Part shown: positions 25,080 through 33,715 of the stretch, in pieces
Layout: every line of letters begins with the position of its first letter
Numbering within the stretch: the stretch's first letter is position 1
Notes under the pieces: model-generated
What the model saw: only the letters and a program-made list of their open reading frames with translations
What the model was told of the DNA's origin: nothing
Databases searched by the model: none
Program-made: the position numbers and the translations under genes
Virus record (IMG/VR): IMGVR_UViG_3300037790_000063
Location: 1-38,059 of that record
Direction: 5' to 3' (one strand)
Source of the DNA: a virus
Lineage: Duplodnaviria > Caudoviricetes
DNA length: 38,059 nt

Positions 25080-26193
25080 GAAGAAACTTTTGGAAGCGAT
25101 GCAGCGACGACTGACGGTCACCGACTTCGAGGTGTACACACCCGCCTCCTCGGGTTGGTACGGACTGCCGAACCCGAATACAACCAACACCGCATCGCGT
25201 CCGTCGCACATGTCGTCCCCGTATCGCAGCGCCGTGAAACAGCACATCGTCACTGCCCCCGAGCAGTCATTCGACGACATCATCGGTAACGAGGATGCGC
25301 TGGCAATGCTCAAGGACGCGATTACCGCCCCCGTGGAAAATGCGGAGCTTTACGAGGTTTACGGCATGACTGTTCCCAAAGGCGCGGTGCTGCATGGCCC
25401 ACCTGGTTGCGGCAAGACGATGTTTGCCCGGGCGGCCGCGACGGAAATGCGCAGGCTCTACGGTTCCGATGTGGAATATCTCGTAATGTCGGGCCCGGAA
25501 CTTCAGTCGACGTACATCGGGCAGACCGAACAGAAAATCAAGGCGATTTTCAGCTACGCACACGACTACAAGGAGTCGACAGGTCACCCTCTCCTGATCT
25601 TCATCGACGAGGCTGAAACGATCTTGCCGGATCGTAACGGAACCATGCGTCACGTTCACTCCTATGAGGAATCTCAGGTCGCTGCGTTTCTTGCCGAGAT
25701 GGACGGGGTTGTTGAAAGCAGTGCTTTCGTCATGCTGGCGACCAACCGCATCGAAGCGATTGATCAGGCACTTCTTCGCGACGGTCGGTGTGACTTCAAG
25801 ATCGAGGTCAAACGCCCTGATATGGGCACCGCCGAGGAAATCCTGCGCCGTGGTTTCAGTGACGCGTCGCTTCTGGCTGAACCTATCGCCGACCTGATCT
25901 TCGCCGCGGTCGAATGTTTCGCGGATCCGTCCAGGGTACTGATGGCGGGCACCCACGACGGAAAAGCGGTTCACTTCACGCTGAAGGACATCGTGTCCGG
26001 CGCCATGGTTGCATCCGTGGTCAAACGCGCCACCCGCCGTGCGTTCACCCGCGACAAGAAATCTGGCGTCATCACTGGGATCACCACAGGGGATGTTGTC
26101 GGCGCGGTCGACGATATCTTTACCGAGAACAAGAACATCCCGCACACCTACGCACTGCGTGATTTCGTCAAGAACGAGGTGATGGGGAAATGA
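25063..26193 (+). CDS. Classic AAA ATPase, ARC/Mpa-like
   Basis: Walker [13 protein letters not shown] pore region, Walker B LIFIDE, SRH ATNR...D.ALLR.GR.D, KD.VSGAM and F.ENKNIP motifs. Confidence 0.88.
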   Translation: MEDHVRKKLLEAMQRRLTVTDFEVYTPASSGWYGLPNPNTTNTASRPSHMSSPYRSAVKQHIVTAPEQSFDDIIGNEDALAMLKDAITAPVENAELYEVYGMTVPKGAVLHGPPGCGKTMFARAAATEMRRLYGSDVEYLVMSGPELQSTYIGQTEQKIKAIFSYAHDYKESTGHPLLIFIDEAETILPDRNGTMRHVHSYEESQVAAFLAEMDGVVESSAFVMLATNRIEAIDQALLRDGRCDFKIEVKRPDMGTAEEILRRGFSDASLLAEPIADLIFAAVECFADPSRVLMAGTHDGKAVHFTLKDIVSGAMVASVVKRATRRAFTRDKKSGVITGITTGDVVGAVDDIFTENKNIPHTYALRDFVKNEVMGK

Positions 26194-26372
26194 TACTTGT
26201 CATTGGAATCGCAATGCTGATCGCCCCGCCACTGATCGGAATGGCCTACGCCGTTCGGTTTACGTCGATCACCGGAATCATCCTCATTTCAACGATGATC
26301 TTTGGTATTGCATTGGCGGCCCACCACAACTCGCAAATTGTCTATCACGAAGAACCAGGATGTCCGAAATGA
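26190..26372 (+). CDS. Small membrane protein
   Basis: Two hydrophobic helices; ATGA overlap. Confidence 0.6.
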   Translation: MILVIGIAMLIAPPLIGMAYAVRFTSITGIILISTMIFGIALAAHHNSQIVYHEEPGCPK

Positions 26373-27148
26373 AACAGTACCACGACGCGCTTCACAAAAT
26401 TCGCACAGAAGGGTCGATCACAACGGACCGCACCAGCACCGGGACGATTTCGTATTTCGGTATGCAGATGCGTTACGATCTTGCTGACGGCTTCCCACTC
26501 CTGACGACAAAACGGGTCCACCTGCGGTCCATCATTCACGAACTTCTGTGGTTCTTGTCGGGTGGCACAAACGTCAAGTACCTGCGTGAGAATGGCGTGT
26601 CGATCTGGGACGAATGGGCCGACGAAGACGGAGACCTCGGTCCGATTTACGGTAAGCAGTGGCGCGACTTCGGGGGTACCGACCAAATTGCTCAGCTGGT
26701 ACACGACATCAGGGCGACGCCGGACAGCCGACGACTGATCGTGTCCGCCTGGAACCCACCTGAAGTGCCTGACATGGCTCTACCTCCATGTCATACCATG
26801 TGGCAGGTGAAAATCCTCGACGGAAAGCTTCACCTGCATCTGTACCAGCGATCGGCTGACATGTTCCTCGGCGTCCCATTCAACATCGCATCCTATGCAA
26901 TCCTGACGCACATGCTGGCACAGGTGACCGGATATGAGCCCGGAACGTTCGTCCACACCATCGGGGACGCTCACATCTACCGGAACCATCTCGATCAGGT
27001 GAACGAACTGATGGAGCGTGATCTGCGCCAGCTTCCCTGGCTGGAACTGAACCCCGATGTCACATCCATCTTCAAGTTCACATACGACGACGTCAGCATC
27101 CACGGGTACGACCCGCACCCTCCAATCACAGCACCGGTAGCAGTATGA
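26360..27148 (+). CDS. thyA: Thymidylate synthase
   Basis: [58 protein letters not shown] end. Confidence 0.97.
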   Translation: MSEMKQYHDALHKIRTEGSITTDRTSTGTISYFGMQMRYDLADGFPLLTTKRVHLRSIIHELLWFLSGGTNVKYLRENGVSIWDEWADEDGDLGPIYGKQWRDFGGTDQIAQLVHDIRATPDSRRLIVSAWNPPEVPDMALPPCHTMWQVKILDGKLHLHLYQRSADMFLGVPFNIASYAILTHMLAQVTGYEPGTFVHTIGDAHIYRNHLDQVNELMERDLRQLPWLELNPDVTSIFKFTYDDVSIHGYDPHPPITAPVAV

Positions 27149-27333
27149 CGGAACAGACACTCGATGAATTCGTGGACGAACAGAAGGAACTTCTCGACAA
27201 GTTCGAGAAGGAATGGCTGAACGCTCACGCAAAGGCACCAGAATCGTTCCCAATGACAATGTTGAAAGGCGACTGGGACGAATCCCTGTACGACTTTGAG
27301 GGCAAACCCTATGACACGGAAGGACTTGACTGA
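27145..27333 (+). CDS. Small acidic protein
   Basis: ATGA overlap with thyA. Confidence 0.6.
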   Translation: MTEQTLDEFVDEQKELLDKFEKEWLNAHAKAPESFPMTMLKGDWDESLYDFEGKPYDTEGLD

Positions 27334-27334
27334 G

Positions 27335-27877
27335 ATGACGCTCCTGATACCCGATTTGAATTCCCTCGCTGCTGAAATCCACCAGCAAAACGTCGACGCC
27401 GGTTGGTGGGACGAACATCTTCCTGACAACAAGGCCGACCGGTACGAAGACGCCATGATGCTCGTCGTTACCGAACTGTCCGAGGCCACCGAGGGTGCCC
27501 GCAAGGACTTGATGGACGATAAGCTCCCCGCCGAGAAAATGTTCGACGTGGAGATGGCCGATGCCATGATCCGCCTGCTGGATTTGGCTGGAGCCTACAA
27601 GGTTGATTTAGACTTCGTTGAAGGCGCCGTACCTAATGCTCGCGCGGCCATGAAGTATTTCAAGACACCGCTTCAACACATTCGATGCGCCGTTCGCATG
27701 TCTTGTCTCGCAAGAAAAGAGAACGCGATCACCTCGACAATCGAGGCAGTAATTGCAATCGCCGACACCTACGACGTCGACCTGTGGCGCCTGGTCGCCG
27801 AGAAGCGCGCGTTCAACCGGACACGCAAGGACCACACCCGTGAAGCGCGGGCGGCAGAGGGAGGAAAGAAATGGTGA
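27335..27877 (+). CDS. MazG-like nucleotide pyrophosphatase
   Basis: AGWW...LVVTELSEATEG.RK..MDDKLP....VEMADAMIRLLDLAG...EK..FN..R.DH. Confidence 0.75.
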   Translation: MTLLIPDLNSLAAEIHQQNVDAGWWDEHLPDNKADRYEDAMMLVVTELSEATEGARKDLMDDKLPAEKMFDVEMADAMIRLLDLAGAYKVDLDFVEGAVPNARAAMKYFKTPLQHIRCAVRMSCLARKENAITSTIEAVIAIADTYDVDLWRLVAEKRAFNRTRKDHTREARAAEGGKKW

Positions 27878-28212
27878 ATCATTCCATAACAAGCGAGGAA
27901 TTTGATACTTTGCTGAGAGGTTTCGCTCTCGCCGTTCCACGTGCGAACCTGTCACTTGATCTGAGTGATGTATTGTTGACAAAACTCAGAGATTACCTGG
28001 GGTCGGAAAACATACCCGTTGATCGAACCGGCCTCGCTACAGACGAAGAGCTCGGCGAGACTGCGGCACGTTGCCTTCAGGAACTGACGGACCGCGGGTA
28101 CAAGGTCAGCACCTTCGAGGAAATCACGCCACCTACAGTTGGTCGTGAGGGAAAGTCGGAATTTACCGTAACAGTCGCCAAGACGTTCCAAGCTGATGCT
28201 CCTGCCAAATAG
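27871..28212 (+). CDS. Hypothetical protein
   Basis: GGAGG RBS; ORF track. Confidence 0.65.
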   Translation: MVNHSITSEEFDTLLRGFALAVPRANLSLDLSDVLLTKLRDYLGSENIPVDRTGLATDEELGETAARCLQELTDRGYKVSTFEEITPPTVGREGKSEFTVTVAKTFQADAPAK

Positions 28213-28399
28213 CGTTGATCTCGACATCATGGCCGTTTTGGACAGCTATCTTTGCACGAGCCTGAACATATCGAAGGTCGATGACCAGTACCGTGCGACA
28301 GCCATGCGCCGCGACGGCTCCAAATGGGATGTGGGTTTTGGCCCCATCCCTGCACTTGCTTTGAAGGATCTCCTGAATGCTTCTACCACCCGTACCTGA
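28196..28399 (+). CDS. Hypothetical protein
   Basis: ORF track; overlapping packing. Confidence 0.5.
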   Translation: MLLPNSVDLDIMAVLDSYLCTSLNISKVDDQYRATAMRRDGSKWDVGFGPIPALALKDLLNASTTRT

Positions 28400-28562
28400 A
28401 CCTGATGCTGAACCAAAGGGTCCGATCATCCATATCTACCGCCTGGACGAAACGGAAAGCACGCCGGGTGGCCACAAGTTCTTCGGCATCAAATACGAAG
28501 GAACGCGGCCCACAACGGCATTCGACGACAATATCGAATCTGTGAAAGCGAGACTGAAATAA
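28377..28562 (+). CDS. Hypothetical protein
   Basis: AAGGA RBS; ORF track. Confidence 0.5.
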   Translation: MLLPPVPEPDAEPKGPIIHIYRLDETESTPGGHKFFGIKYEGTRPTTAFDDNIESVKARLK

Positions 28563-28599
28563 ACTGTTGCGAATCACAACAGAACTATGCCATACAGTT

Positions 28600-28676
28600 A
28601 TTGCCAATCGTGGCGAAGCGTTCGGTTACTTCTTTGGATGAAACTACACCGAACGCGCTTATTCCCGATTGGCGAT
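28600..28676 (+). ncRNA. Short Y RNA-like hairpin (Ro-binding module only)
   Basis: Outer stem GCCAATCG/CGATTGGC, internal loop, inner stem GCGTTCGGT/ACCGAACGC; shares GTG.CGAAG...TCGGTTACTTC and GCTT(A/G)TT motifs with the next RNA; upstream of Ro60. Confidence 0.7.
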
Positions 28677-28677
28677 C

Positions 28678-28821
28678 TAGATCAGCGAGTGCCGAAGGTA
28701 TCGGTTACTTCGCCTGCTAAGCGAGAGGTCGCGGGTTCGAGTCCCGTCAGCACTTCGGTGTTGTAGCTCAGATGGTTAGAGCGCTTACATTTCCGGTATC
28801 GCTTGTTGCCTCGCTGATCTA
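28678..28821 (+). ncRNA. YrlA-like Y RNA with circularly permuted tRNA domain
   Basis: Terminal stem TAGATCAGCGAG/CTCGCTGATCTA; T arm GCGGG-TTCGAGT-CCCGT; acceptor CAGCAC-TTCG-GTGTTG closed by a tetraloop; D arm GCTC-AGATGGTTA-GAGC; adjacent to Ro60. Confidence 0.88.
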
Positions 28822-28852
28822 ATCGCCAGTCGGTCTGACACGGAGATACCCG

Positions 28853-30145
28853 ATGCGACTGAACACGGCACCCAAATCCATCAAGACACACGAAGGCGCA
28901 AAGGCGAAGCATATCACTGCCGAGCAGTCCCTTCGTCGTTCCGTTTTATCCTGTATGTTGTGGGAGCGCGAATTTTACGAAGACGGGCAAGACATTGCGG
29001 CCCGCATCGAAACATTGGCCGATCAGGTTGACAAAGACGTGCTGTCCCGTCTCGCGATTGAAGCGCGCACCGAGTTCAACCTGCGTCACGTCCCCTTGCT
29101 TCTTCTGAACTCCCTCGTCAAACGCGGCGGCCCTGGGGTAGCCGACACGATCGCTAATGTCGTGCAGCGCCCCGACGAAATGATGGAGCTCCTTGCGATC
29201 TATTGGCGCAACGGCCGGAGACCTCTTGCCAAGCAGTTGCAGCGCGGTCTCGCAAAGGCAATCCGCAAGTTCGACGAATATCAGCTGGCGAAATATAACC
29301 GTGACGGGGTCGTGAAGCTGCGTGATGTGCTGTTTTTGTCGCACGCGAAACCCACATCCTCCGAGCAGGCAGAACTGTTCAAGAAAATCGCCGAAAACCG
29401 GCTCACTGCACCCGATACGTGGGAAGTTGGTCTATCCGGTGGTGCGGACAAACGTGAGACATTTGAACGTCTCCTGCGTGAGCAGAAGCTCGGCTATCTC
29501 GCCCTATTGCGGAACCTTCGTGGAATGACGGAAACCGGCGTGGACGTTGATCTGATCCGTGACGCCATCATTGCACGGCGCGGTGCTCATCGCGTCCTGC
29601 CGTTCCGCTATGTAGCGGCGGCTCGCGCCTGCCCTCAGATGGAACCCTATCTTGACCAAGCGCTTTGCGAAGCAGTTCAGTCTGGACCGAAGCTGGAAGG
29701 AAAAACGATCATCCTGGTGGACGTATCCGGATCCATGGGAGTGAGACTGTCACAAAAGTCCGACATGAACCGAATGGATGCTGCTGCGACACTTGCTTCC
29801 GTTGTAAATGCGGATCGTCGGGTTCTGACGTTCTCGAACCATCTCGTTGAAGTCCCTCCGCGCTTTGGTATGGCTGGGGTCGATTCAATCATTCGATCTC
29901 AACCGCACGGTGGGACAAATTTGGGTGAAGCGATACGATACGTCAATGCCATGACTCATGACCGTCTGATCGTCATCACCGACGAACAGTCGCATTCACT
30001 TGTACCTGACCCTGTCGTTGACAAGGCATACGTGATAAACGTTGCCTCGTATCGGAACGGCGTTGGTTACGGGAAATGGACCCACATTGACGGTTTCTCC
30101 GAATCGGTACTACGGTTTATTCAGGAAAGTGAACGTGACGGGTGA
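28853..30145 (+). CDS. rsr: Ro60/TROVE-domain RNA-binding protein (Rsr) with vWA domain
   Basis: THEG, FYEDG, R...NLRHVP, RPDE..E.LA, FDEYQLAKY, LRDVLFLSH.KP, ALLRNL, LPFRY, MIDAS DVSGSM, ITDEQ. Confidence 0.93.
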   Translation: MRLNTAPKSIKTHEGAKAKHITAEQSLRRSVLSCMLWEREFYEDGQDIAARIETLADQVDKDVLSRLAIEARTEFNLRHVPLLLLNSLVKRGGPGVADTIANVVQRPDEMMELLAIYWRNGRRPLAKQLQRGLAKAIRKFDEYQLAKYNRDGVVKLRDVLFLSHAKPTSSEQAELFKKIAENRLTAPDTWEVGLSGGADKRETFERLLREQKLGYLALLRNLRGMTETGVDVDLIRDAIIARRGAHRVLPFRYVAAARACPQMEPYLDQALCEAVQSGPKLEGKTIILVDVSGSMGVRLSQKSDMNRMDAAATLASVVNADRRVLTFSNHLVEVPPRFGMAGVDSIIRSQPHGGTNLGEAIRYVNAMTHDRLIVITDEQSHSLVPDPVVDKAYVINVASYRNGVGYGKWTHIDGFSESVLRFIQESERDG

Positions 30146-30335
30146 GGAACTGAAAAAACAAGCCATTGAATGGTTTGGTGAGCGCGGCTGGCAATCAAAG
30201 CTGGCCGCGCTTCTTGGCATTGGTCGAACCGCACTATGGCGGCAAATCAGCAATGATCGCGTCAGTGGTCCGGTTGCCGCCGCCGTAACAAGTTGGCAAC
30301 GGCACGGTCTTCCCGATCACACCACATACCCCTGA
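30135..30335 (+). CDS. Small HTH protein overlapping the Ro60 stop
   Basis: GTG start; MTGEELK.....FGERGWQSKLAALLGIGRTALWR. Confidence 0.7.
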   Translation: MTGEELKKQAIEWFGERGWQSKLAALLGIGRTALWRQISNDRVSGPVAAAVTSWQRHGLPDHTTYP

Positions 30336-32569
30336 GCGCGCAAGTATTGGTCGGTCACGTCGACCTCTGGCTGAACGGACGAGTGCATATAGATTGTCGG
30401 GCGCAGATTATCTTCCCAGACGAGTGCCATCTTTGCCCGACCAACATCACGATACCCGAGCGACTCAAGCATGGCCTTGCGTTTGTTTGTCGCCAGTCGT
30501 AGCCCACGTTCCTTGATCAATTTGTCAAGCATCCGGCTCGAAAGCATGCCGTTACGGAAACCAAGCGTACCGTTGGCTGCTGCCTCCAACACTTCGGCCT
30601 CGATACCTCCAATGGATTTAGCAATCGCCTCGTCTGTCGTGGATGTGTCAGGCGCACGGTGGCAGCTGGTGGCCGGGTTCAGATGATCAGGGATCTGATA
30701 GTGCATCAGGTAGTGTGCCACGGCGGAATAACCGCCCGCCTTGGCCCAATTGTACAGGTTCGGGAAGTATTGACCACCCATGCCTGCCGCTTCGATGTCG
30801 GCTGCTGATTGCTGAGCCGTGAAGAAGATGGCATACCGACGGTCATTTCGGGACTTGATGATCGCGTCCTGATGGTTGGTGCAGAACAACCAGTTCGTGT
30901 AGTTCCGAGCCATACGCTTTTCCTGCTGCATGCCACGAATTTCGATGTAATCGTTGGTGATCTTGTCCTTCAGATCATCAAGCATCTCGCGACGATCACC
31001 CATGTGGATCTCTTCGACGATCACAAACAGAGAACGTTCCAGGAAGCTGTTGAACTTCTCTCCCATCTCTTTTGCGCGCGGGCGGTGGACGTGGTTCAAC
31101 CCAACAGCATGTGCGATACATTCGGCAACGAAAGTCTTACCGTTACCTTCCGCACCCTGAAGCACAGGGGCCCAGCGAAATTTGACGCCGCGGTTCTGAA
31201 CCACGGCTGCGCTGTATGCCAGCAGGATCTCTCGGTCACGCTGGTTTGGCAGGATACGCTGAAGGAAATCCAGATACGGCGTGACGTCTCCCTGGACCAT
31301 CTCCACAGGATCTGGACTGAAGGTGTTCACTGAGTCCCCGTCAACCTCCCCGGGTTCCTTATTTGGGTCAAAAATGCCGTACTTCACCTTGGGGAACCGA
31401 TGCGTCCGGTTCTCGGTGAAGGCGATGAATGCGTTCTTCTCAGGCTGGGTGCCATCCGGGTTCATCTGGAAGATTGAACCGCCGTAGAACGCTTTGAATT
31501 GTTCCGGTTTGTACAACGCCCCGTCAGGCGTCAGCATCCGGTGTTGGTCCGCGATGTAGACACATCCCTTGAAGTGCTCGATCATCTCATGGATGCCCAT
31601 ATAGACTTCCGGCGCAACGACAGCATTCTCTGTGTCACTCGTTGCCGCGGGAACCGTAGGGAACGGGTTATCTTGACGCCGGGGACGGTCGTACACTCGG
31701 CTGCACATTCGCGCGGCGTCACCGACCGTTTTGTTCCGGTAGTCATCGCGCCTTTCGTACTTTTCACGCATCAGGGCGCTGCGACGGAATAGCCTGTCCA
31801 TGCGGGGCATGTCCTTGCCGGTCCAGAACGCGAGGTGAGCCATGAGTGCGGCATCTGCAGAACTGTGATCGAAGCTGTTCGGATCACCATTATAATCCGG
31901 GTACAACCGGCACAGCACAGGGTCAGCCTCCCACAGCTGACGAACCGTGGCCTTTCCGCCAAATGCTGCAGCGGCGCCGCCGGACGACGACAACATGCGT
32001 GAGATGAGTTCGTCGTCGTCATCGGGTCCAGTGTAAGCCGGATCTCGACCTTCCGGGAGCTCACCGAGAACGGTCCTTTCCGGCACCAGGTAACGCAGTG
32101 TTGGGGTCCAGTCGAGGTCAAGGTTCAACGCACCACCGATTGGGTTCCAACCTTGCCCGAACGCAATGAAACGACCCTCGGTGTAGAACTCCAACCAACC
32201 GGCCCATTTGTGCTTTCGGTCCTGCAGTTGCGACGGGTCACACTTGCCGAGAATGTGCAGCCCGGTCCCGGATTGCGACACCTCGCCCCACGCTCCGTTG
32301 AACGCACTGAAGATTGCTGTTGCCTCGGCAGTCCACTGTCCGGTCATTTGGTCAAGACATTTGTCTAGGTCGACGAAAAAGAACGGATCGTTTGCCGTCA
32401 GGACAAACGCCACCGGGAGACCACTTGCTTCTGCGTCCGCGTAGCATAACCAATTCGCCGGATTGTGGGCATCGACGACCTTGCCTGTATGATCACACGG
32501 AAGCTTATCGCCGTCCGCCGTCAGAATGTAATTCATGAACTGCGGTGGCAGAGTTTCACTTATGTGCAT
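30317..32569 (-). CDS. NrS-1-like primase-polymerase fused to SF3 helicase (DUF5906-like)
   Basis: FVDLDKC, EVSQSGTGLH, EFY..GRF; DHSSADAAL..HLAFWTG; GAEGNGKT Walker A; TNH.DA....DRR. Confidence 0.88.
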   Translation of the reverse strand: MHISETLPPQFMNYILTADGDKLPCDHTGKVVDAHNPANWLCYADAEASGLPVAFVLTANDPFFFVDLDKCLDQMTGQWTAEATAIFSAFNGAWGEVSQSGTGLHILGKCDPSQLQDRKHKWAGWLEFYTEGRFIAFGQGWNPIGGALNLDLDWTPTLRYLVPERTVLGELPEGRDPAYTGPDDDDELISRMLSSSGGAAAAFGGKATVRQLWEADPVLCRLYPDYNGDPNSFDHSSADAALMAHLAFWTGKDMPRMDRLFRRSALMREKYERRDDYRNKTVGDAARMCSRVYDRPRRQDNPFPTVPAATSDTENAVVAPEVYMGIHEMIEHFKGCVYIADQHRMLTPDGALYKPEQFKAFYGGSIFQMNPDGTQPEKNAFIAFTENRTHRFPKVKYGIFDPNKEPGEVDGDSVNTFSPDPVEMVQGDVTPYLDFLQRILPNQRDREILLAYSAAVVQNRGVKFRWAPVLQGAEGNGKTFVAECIAHAVGLNHVHRPRAKEMGEKFNSFLERSLFVIVEEIHMGDRREMLDDLKDKITNDYIEIRGMQQEKRMARNYTNWLFCTNHQDAIIKSRNDRRYAIFFTAQQSAADIEAAGMGGQYFPNLYNWAKAGGYSAVAHYLMHYQIPDHLNPATSCHRAPDTSTTDEAIAKSIGGIEAEVLEAAANGTLGFRNGMLSSRMLDKLIKERGLRLATNKRKAMLESLGYRDVGRAKMALVWEDNLRPTIYMHSSVQPEVDVTDQYLRAQGYVV

Positions 32570-32810
32570 CCGTCACCCCCAGAGCCACGGCTTGATCCCA
32601 CAAGTTCTCACGGTCATGTTTGGCTACCGCGAGCCACAGCGCCCGGTAGTTCTTGAAATGGTAACGAACAGTAGCGGCACTGGTATCGACGGCGCATTCA
32701 CGCGCCAGGTTGTCGTAAGTGACCTCAGACAATCCGATTCGAACCGCCAGTTTTACCCCGGCTTGAATGATCATCGCGCGCCGATGGTCTTTATGGAGTC
32801 GCTTGCTCAT
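32556..32810 (-). CDS. TetR-like HTH protein
   Basis: IIQAGVKLAVRIGL..VT...LA..C....S.ATVRYHF. Confidence 0.7.
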   Translation of the reverse strand: MSKRLHKDHRRAMIIQAGVKLAVRIGLSEVTYDNLARECAVDTSAATVRYHFKNYRALWLAVAKHDRENLWDQAVALGVTDAHK

Positions 32811-33199
32811 TTGCCGTGTCCTCTGAAGTCATAGGTCCATACGCCGTTCTGCTGAAGGCGGTAGAACATATCGTTTGTCCCCCTTCCGCCTGGCATTGCG
32901 ACCCCAAAGTCTGGTCGACCTTCATCAATCATCTGTTGGTTTCGGATGCTGCCTGCCGAACGACCGTGTGTGCCCCAATCGGCGGGGAACCCTTGGTACT
33001 CGAAGCCGTATTGTTTCGCGAGACAACGACAGAGGAAATCAGCACCTTTTGCTTCACCAGCGATAAACTTTATGTCGCGTGTCGGGTCGATCCCGCGGCA
33101 CTGATCAATTGCATGGCTCATGGCCATTTGAATAAGCGCCAGATCATCGAAATCCCGACCACCGAATACGACAATCACCCACGGTAGTTGCTCGGTCAT
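32807..33199 (-). CDS. SLOG-family DUF2493 protein
   Basis: VFGGRDF, GEAKGAD, FPADW..HG.SAG.IRNQQM, AMPGGRGT.DM. Confidence 0.85.
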   Translation of the reverse strand: MTEQLPWVIVVFGGRDFDDLALIQMAMSHAIDQCRGIDPTRDIKFIAGEAKGADFLCRCLAKQYGFEYQGFPADWGTHGRSAGSIRNQQMIDEGRPDFGVAMPGGRGTNDMFYRLQQNGVWTYDFRGHGK

Positions 33200-33684
33200 T
33201 TGCCAAAAATCCTCGTGTAGTCGGCGACGCTCTGAGCGAATAGTCCAATCCCGCCCATCGACCGCACTGTGGAAATGAACGCAGCCTGCGCCCGCTCTCG
33301 TTTGTTTTTCGGTGCAGTCCATCCAGGCTCTTTCACCTCGACTGCCGTGAACACGCCGAACCTTTGACCCGGTGCGGTGCTGACACACTCGGTGATCCCA
33401 ATGAGGTCGCTGGATTTCCACACCTCGGATAGTCTTTTGCTGTCGTTTCCGAGGCCAAAACGAATCAGTCGACCCGTTTCGTCCGTCGTCGCCCCGTTGT
33501 TATTCCGCCAGAGACTTGCGCCATTTTTCGGCGCCTCTACACGCAGTTTCGCCTGAACGTCTGCCTCGGACGTGTCACCGCTTGCGGAGATCGCCGTCTC
33601 TTGTGGGTGCAGGATGGCAAGGAGCTCTTGATACGCCTGAAGTGACACACCGTGGCGTTGTGCCCACTGGTTTACTGATTGCAT
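33196..33684 (-). CDS. VRR-NUC nuclease
   Basis: SEADVQ, LWRNNNG, RFGL, SSDLIG, AVEVK, Q.AFI..V...GG. Confidence 0.85.
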   Translation of the reverse strand: MQSVNQWAQRHGVSLQAYQELLAILHPQETAISASGDTSEADVQAKLRVEAPKNGASLWRNNNGATTDETGRLIRFGLGNDSKRLSEVWKSSDLIGITECVSTAPGQRFGVFTAVEVKEPGWTAPKNKRERAQAAFISTVRSMGGIGLFAQSVADYTRIFGK

Positions 33685-33715
33685 TTGATGAACTCCACTG
33701 CCTGATAGTATGCGG

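Noticed and set aside
7619-27877. HD hydrolase, MazG-like gene and PrimPol as a possible 2-aminoadenine (Z-genome) pathway
   Set aside because: No PurZ-like gene in the window and the genes are dispersed; ordinary nucleotide-pool functions explain them
28709-28783. Canonical tRNA-Ser gene
   Set aside because: Arms are in permuted order, the acceptor is closed by a UUCG loop and there is no CCA end; treated as a Y RNA domain
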